DNA from: Massalongia carnosa
Lineage: Eukaryota
Direction of reading: 5' to 3'
Assembly (NCBI GenBank): GCA_965645245.1
Contig: OZ287073.1
Span: 1,736,001-1,800,000 of the forward strand
Length of the DNA stretch: 64,000 bases
Shown: positions 60,299-64,000 of the stretch, in pieces
How the letters are laid out: the number at the start of each line of letters is the position of its first letter
Position numbering within the stretch: the stretch's first letter is position 1
The notes under the pieces: generated by a model
What the model was told of the DNA's origin: nothing
The model's database searches: none
Seen by the model: the letters and a program-made list of their open reading frames with translations, nothing else
Program-made: the position numbers and the translations under genes

Positions 60299-60948
60299 TC
60301 AGATTGAATTTATGGCCGGAAAACCCCACCGTAGCATGTATTCTAATCGCATTGCTCTGTCAGCCGTCAATCTAGCGGAAGGCTCGTACATTGCCACCAA
60401 TAGTTTCTCCAATTTTTCCATTTCTTCCTTGGAGAAATCGTATTGCTCTGGAATTCGACCGCGCTCCATGCCTCACAGACGCTCCTTCAAGGGCCTTATG
60501 ACGGGGGAAATTAGCCCCCTGAATTCTGGATTCCACGAGCCGTCCTCCAAGAAGTAGTCCGCTCGCTTCTGCCACCGGTCCTACCATCGGATTGGCAATT
60601 TGCCTAGGGTGCTGACAATCTCTGCTACAGTGTCATCTTCATTAGGAATGAAAGCTTCAAAGAGAGGACGTTCGCCGAGGATTTCGTAGAGTGTACAAGC
60701 AAGAGTCCAAATGTCGGCCGAGGGGCCAATTTCTTCGTGAAAAAATGTCTCGGGAGGACATAACAGTATTGGATTGTGGGGAGGTTTTGATGGGTTGGTG
60801 AGGAATGCCTCGCCGAAGTCCGAATTATAATCTTATTGTCCTTAACTTGATCCGCTGGTACTAATATATCGGCGGGGAAGATGGAATAGGATGGCACCTC
60901 TGGACTGAGTGGACCACCATCAAGTTGTTGATTCAGCTGCTGGACAGG
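60299..60948 (-). pseudogene. C-terminal remnant of an SRPK-like (CMGC) protein kinase, disrupted by a transposon
   Basis: DGGPLSPEVPSY, DFGEAF, SDIWTLACTLYEILGERPLFE and YEPSARLTA occur in shifting frames. The sequence is cut at 60948 by the Tc1-like element. Confidence 0.75.
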
Positions 60949-61919
60949 CACGCGGTCGTAAAAAAAAACGCAACGTGCAAGCGAGAATACCCCAAAAAAA
61001 CACCAAATTCACCCCTAATTCTCCTTTTTTTCACCTACATCATTGCATTATCTATCTGAAATTTGCAACTAGTTACCAGTCATCGCACCCTCCGCATCTA
61101 TTACCTCCTGAAGCCTTCTAGGCATATCAAGCACCCGTTCATTGATAAATTCCTGACTGACACTGGCCCATCCCTCACGAATCAACGCTTCCAATGAGGC
61201 ATCATCCCAATGAGGGTACTTCCGTACGTGCTGTTTTATGGGAAGCCAGCAGTTCTCAATAGGAGATAAGTCAGGCGATGAAGCGCAGTTGAAATAGTGT
61301 TCCAATTGATGCTTCTGTTTCCACGTTTTGACCGCGTTTCTCGTCTTACCCGTGCCATGACCTGAATCACCGTCTTCTTCTAAAACGAAGTCATCGCCAC
61401 GATTCAAGCAGGACTTCACAACGGGCTCTAGTATAGAATCTATATAAACTTGATGCGTCATCTTGCCATTGCTGTTGCCCGGTACGTCCTAAAACTAGAT
61501 GCCTGACTTGAAATTGAAGCCCACCGCCGCCCATGTATGCTCGCGTTTTCTATCTTTTTCAGGCGGTGCATCGCGATGTTGAATGCAGTCCCATCTATAT
61601 CGTGTTCCGGGCTGTCTAATGATTCGTAATTGACCCTCAGGACCATATCCGAAGTGCACTTCGTCACTGAATCGTACGCGATGCCAGTCTTCAGGCTTTG
61701 AATATCTTTATACATCAGGGAAGCGTATTCCACCCGTCTGTTCATGGACGAGTCTGACAGCCATCCTTTGACACAGGCCAGACATTTCTCATAATTCAAA
61801 GCAGCTATGAGCGTGCGTTGCATTGTACGTCCAGAAATTTCGGCTCCCACCTCTGTGGCCAACTGACTCCATGTATAACGTTTTCCTTCCAGTTGTAGTC
61901 CGTCATTCTGCAAAATTTG
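60949..61919 (-). mobile_element. Second, diverged member of the CACGC-terminus DD38E Tc1-like family; 5' part displaced by a copia insertion
   Basis: Terminus CACGCGGTCGTAAAAAAAAACGCAACGTGCAAGCGAG is similar to element D. Protein FVLEEDGDSGHGTGKTRNAV..SPDLSPIENCW is collinear with D. Frameshift and stop present. Confidence 0.9.
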
Positions 61920-64000
61920 TGTCAGCCAATTTAGTGGTCAAGCAGTAAGCGATATGTAGCTCGGATACGGTAATCTATTAACCGAATCCCAACATTCTAG
62001 TAACTGAGAGAATGGGTGGAAAATCCTTTCTAGGCAAGCAATCATCACCTCAATTCCAAGTGTCAATTCCAAGTGTCAATTCCAAGTGTCAATTCCAAGT
62101 GTCAATTCCAAGTGTCAATATCAAGTGTCTATCTAAAACGTAAATCATTCTCCAATCACCAAGAGCTTAGATCAATAAATCAAGCTCAATAGTTATGAGC
62201 CCGGAAGCACATCCATCGTTTTAGAAGAAAGTACCAACCTGCATTTTGCAACTTGCATCTTACCTTGTAAGTTTACATCATCTTGCATCAAATAACCATC
62301 AAGTCATCAAATCAAAAATCAACATGAGTACCACGCGAAAGATAGTCCTAGGCAAGCCAGCCGATTGGGACACCTGGTTTTCCTTCGTCCGATCACGGGC
62401 CACAAACAGCGGAATTTGGGACCTAGTGAATCCAGAAATCATTACCAAGCCAATAAGCAACCAATCGCCAACGGAACCGGTGTTCATCTTATCAACAGAC
62501 TCCGCAACTTTTGACCCAAGAGCCTACGAAGTATACAAGGCACAAACCCACATCTACAAAATTCAGCTAGCCAAGTACGAAAAGCAGCAAAAGGCATTTG
62601 CCGACCTTATTACCTTCATTCAAGATACCATCACAGTCCAAAATGCCACCTACATTCAGAAAGAAGAGCCTCACCCATGGAACCAGCTTCGAGCACTGAA
62701 AACCCGCTTAGCACCAAGCGACTCAGCACGCTGCATAGAGATCGAGACCAAATATCACAGGTTATGCAAGGGATCAGGCAAGCAGGATATAGAAACGTGG
62801 TTAGAAGAATGGCAAACAGTCTACACCGATGGCAAGGCATATGGAGTTGGTGAAATGATGGGAACACGACCTATTCGTGATTTTATAATGGCCGTTCTTC
62901 CCACCGAACCTTCATTTGCCAACGCTCATCTGATTACTTTGGACAGCAAGGAAGAGAAAGATTTCCACCCGCTAATTGAGAGCTTTCGTAAATATGTTCG
63001 CCTGCATCAAACGCAAAAAAATAAGAATAATAACACGCATTCAGCTTTTGCAACCGAGAAAAAGAAGGAAGGACAGGGAGCGACATTTAATGGGCAAAAA
63101 ACGCCTCCCAAATGTCTTTGTGGGTCCGTTCATTGGTACAATGACTGTTACTATCTAGTACCAGAGAAGCGGCCCTCAAATTGGACTTCCAGACCCCAAA
63201 TTCAAACGCAGATTGATGAAGCAATGAAAGACCAGCAGTTAAAAGCTAAGGTGGAAAAATCCCTTCAGCGATCAAAGGAAATACAACAATCCAAAGCCAC
63301 TAAAACCACTAATACCAACACCAACACTACTGAGAAGGAGTTAGGCGCTTTTACATCTACTAAAACATCGTCATCATTCTCGGCAGATAGCTACACAATC
63401 AAGAGCTCATGGATATTGGATAACGGGTCTAATATCCATGTGTGCAACAACACCATGAAATCGCGCTACACACAGGAAAGGAAATCAATGGGAGAGTATC
63501 TTACTGCGGGCACCCAACGCCTAGCAATAGAAAGCTATGGTACGGTCAAAATCACCGTATCAACTCCTACCGGACCTCAAAGCATCACACTTCTAAATGT
63601 AGCCTATGTATCCAACTTCATGACCAACCTAGTTTCTCAGGACTTGCTCTATGTGAAAGGCCTTTACTTTGATAATTGGAAGAATCACCTCCATCGGGAA
63701 GGGAAGACGGTTGCTTATGTAAAGCGTTATAACGGCCATTATTTGCTAGAGGACAACACATCATCAGATCAAGCATCAGCTTTCCTAGTGCAACAGAAAC
63801 CAAAGATAGCTATCAATAAAACCGCAACAGCATACGAATGGCATCAGATGCTAGCCCATGCCTCGGATGAATCTATTCAACATCTCGAGTCATCTACTAG
63901 GGGAGTCAAAATATCAAAAGAATCAGAAGGAAAAGTCCCCAAAACCAACGAGTGCGAACCTTGCGCATTATCCAAAGCACATCGCATTGTTTCTCGTTCA
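61920..64000 (+). mobile_element. Ty1/copia LTR retrotransposon, 5' part: LTR ~61920-62191, PBS, gag-pol ORF from 62324 running off the window
   Basis: Starts TG at the break in the Tc1-like ORF. Copia-type PBS GTTATGAGCCC at 62192-62202. Frame MSTTRKIVLGKPADWDTW..CLCGSVHWYNDC..WILDNGSNIHVCN (protease)..WHQMLAH..CEPCALSK appears open to the window end. Confidence 0.92.
62051..62128 (+). repeat. Six tandem copies of the 13-mer CAATTCCAAGTGT inside the copia LTR
   Basis: Five perfect copies and one variant (CAATATCAAGTGT). Confidence 0.95.

Noticed and set aside
62051..62128. Tandem 13-mers (and the 18-mers at 54935) as CRISPR-like arrays
   Set aside because: No spacers, eukaryotic context, and simple head-to-tail duplication.

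Overview
This is eukaryotic DNA from a filamentous ascomycete (Pezizomycotina; short GT-AG introns with CTRAC branch sites; finer taxonomy cannot be determined). 1-15.3 kb is a conserved gene block (NPR3, GT15 mannosyltransferase, HIR1, VPS9-ankyrin-PX protein) with two divergent secreted Cys-rich orphan genes inserted in it. 16.7-27 kb is accessory: a HET pseudogene, an intact RRM-like/SesB-type hydrolase/vWA fusion gene, a trypsin-fold ORF with an apparent Cys nucleophile, a pogo relic and a DUF1295 gene. 27.1-47.2 kb is a nested transposon island (3 pogo-like elements, 2 Tad1-like LINEs, 1 copia, 1 Tc1-like element) whose insertion order can be read from TIRs and TSDs. 47.4-64 kb holds a CYP52-like P450, a decayed NLR-like gene, a MITE, a GPR1/FUN34 transporter, a PD-(D/E)XK nuclease-like gene, and a kinase relic hit by a second Tc1-like copy, itself hit by a copia element with an open ORF. 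The most unusual signal is a Tc1/IS630-type DD38E transposon family with 5'-CACGC termini and a 5-bp target duplication instead of TA. All family assignments come from manual motif recognition; no database searches were run.
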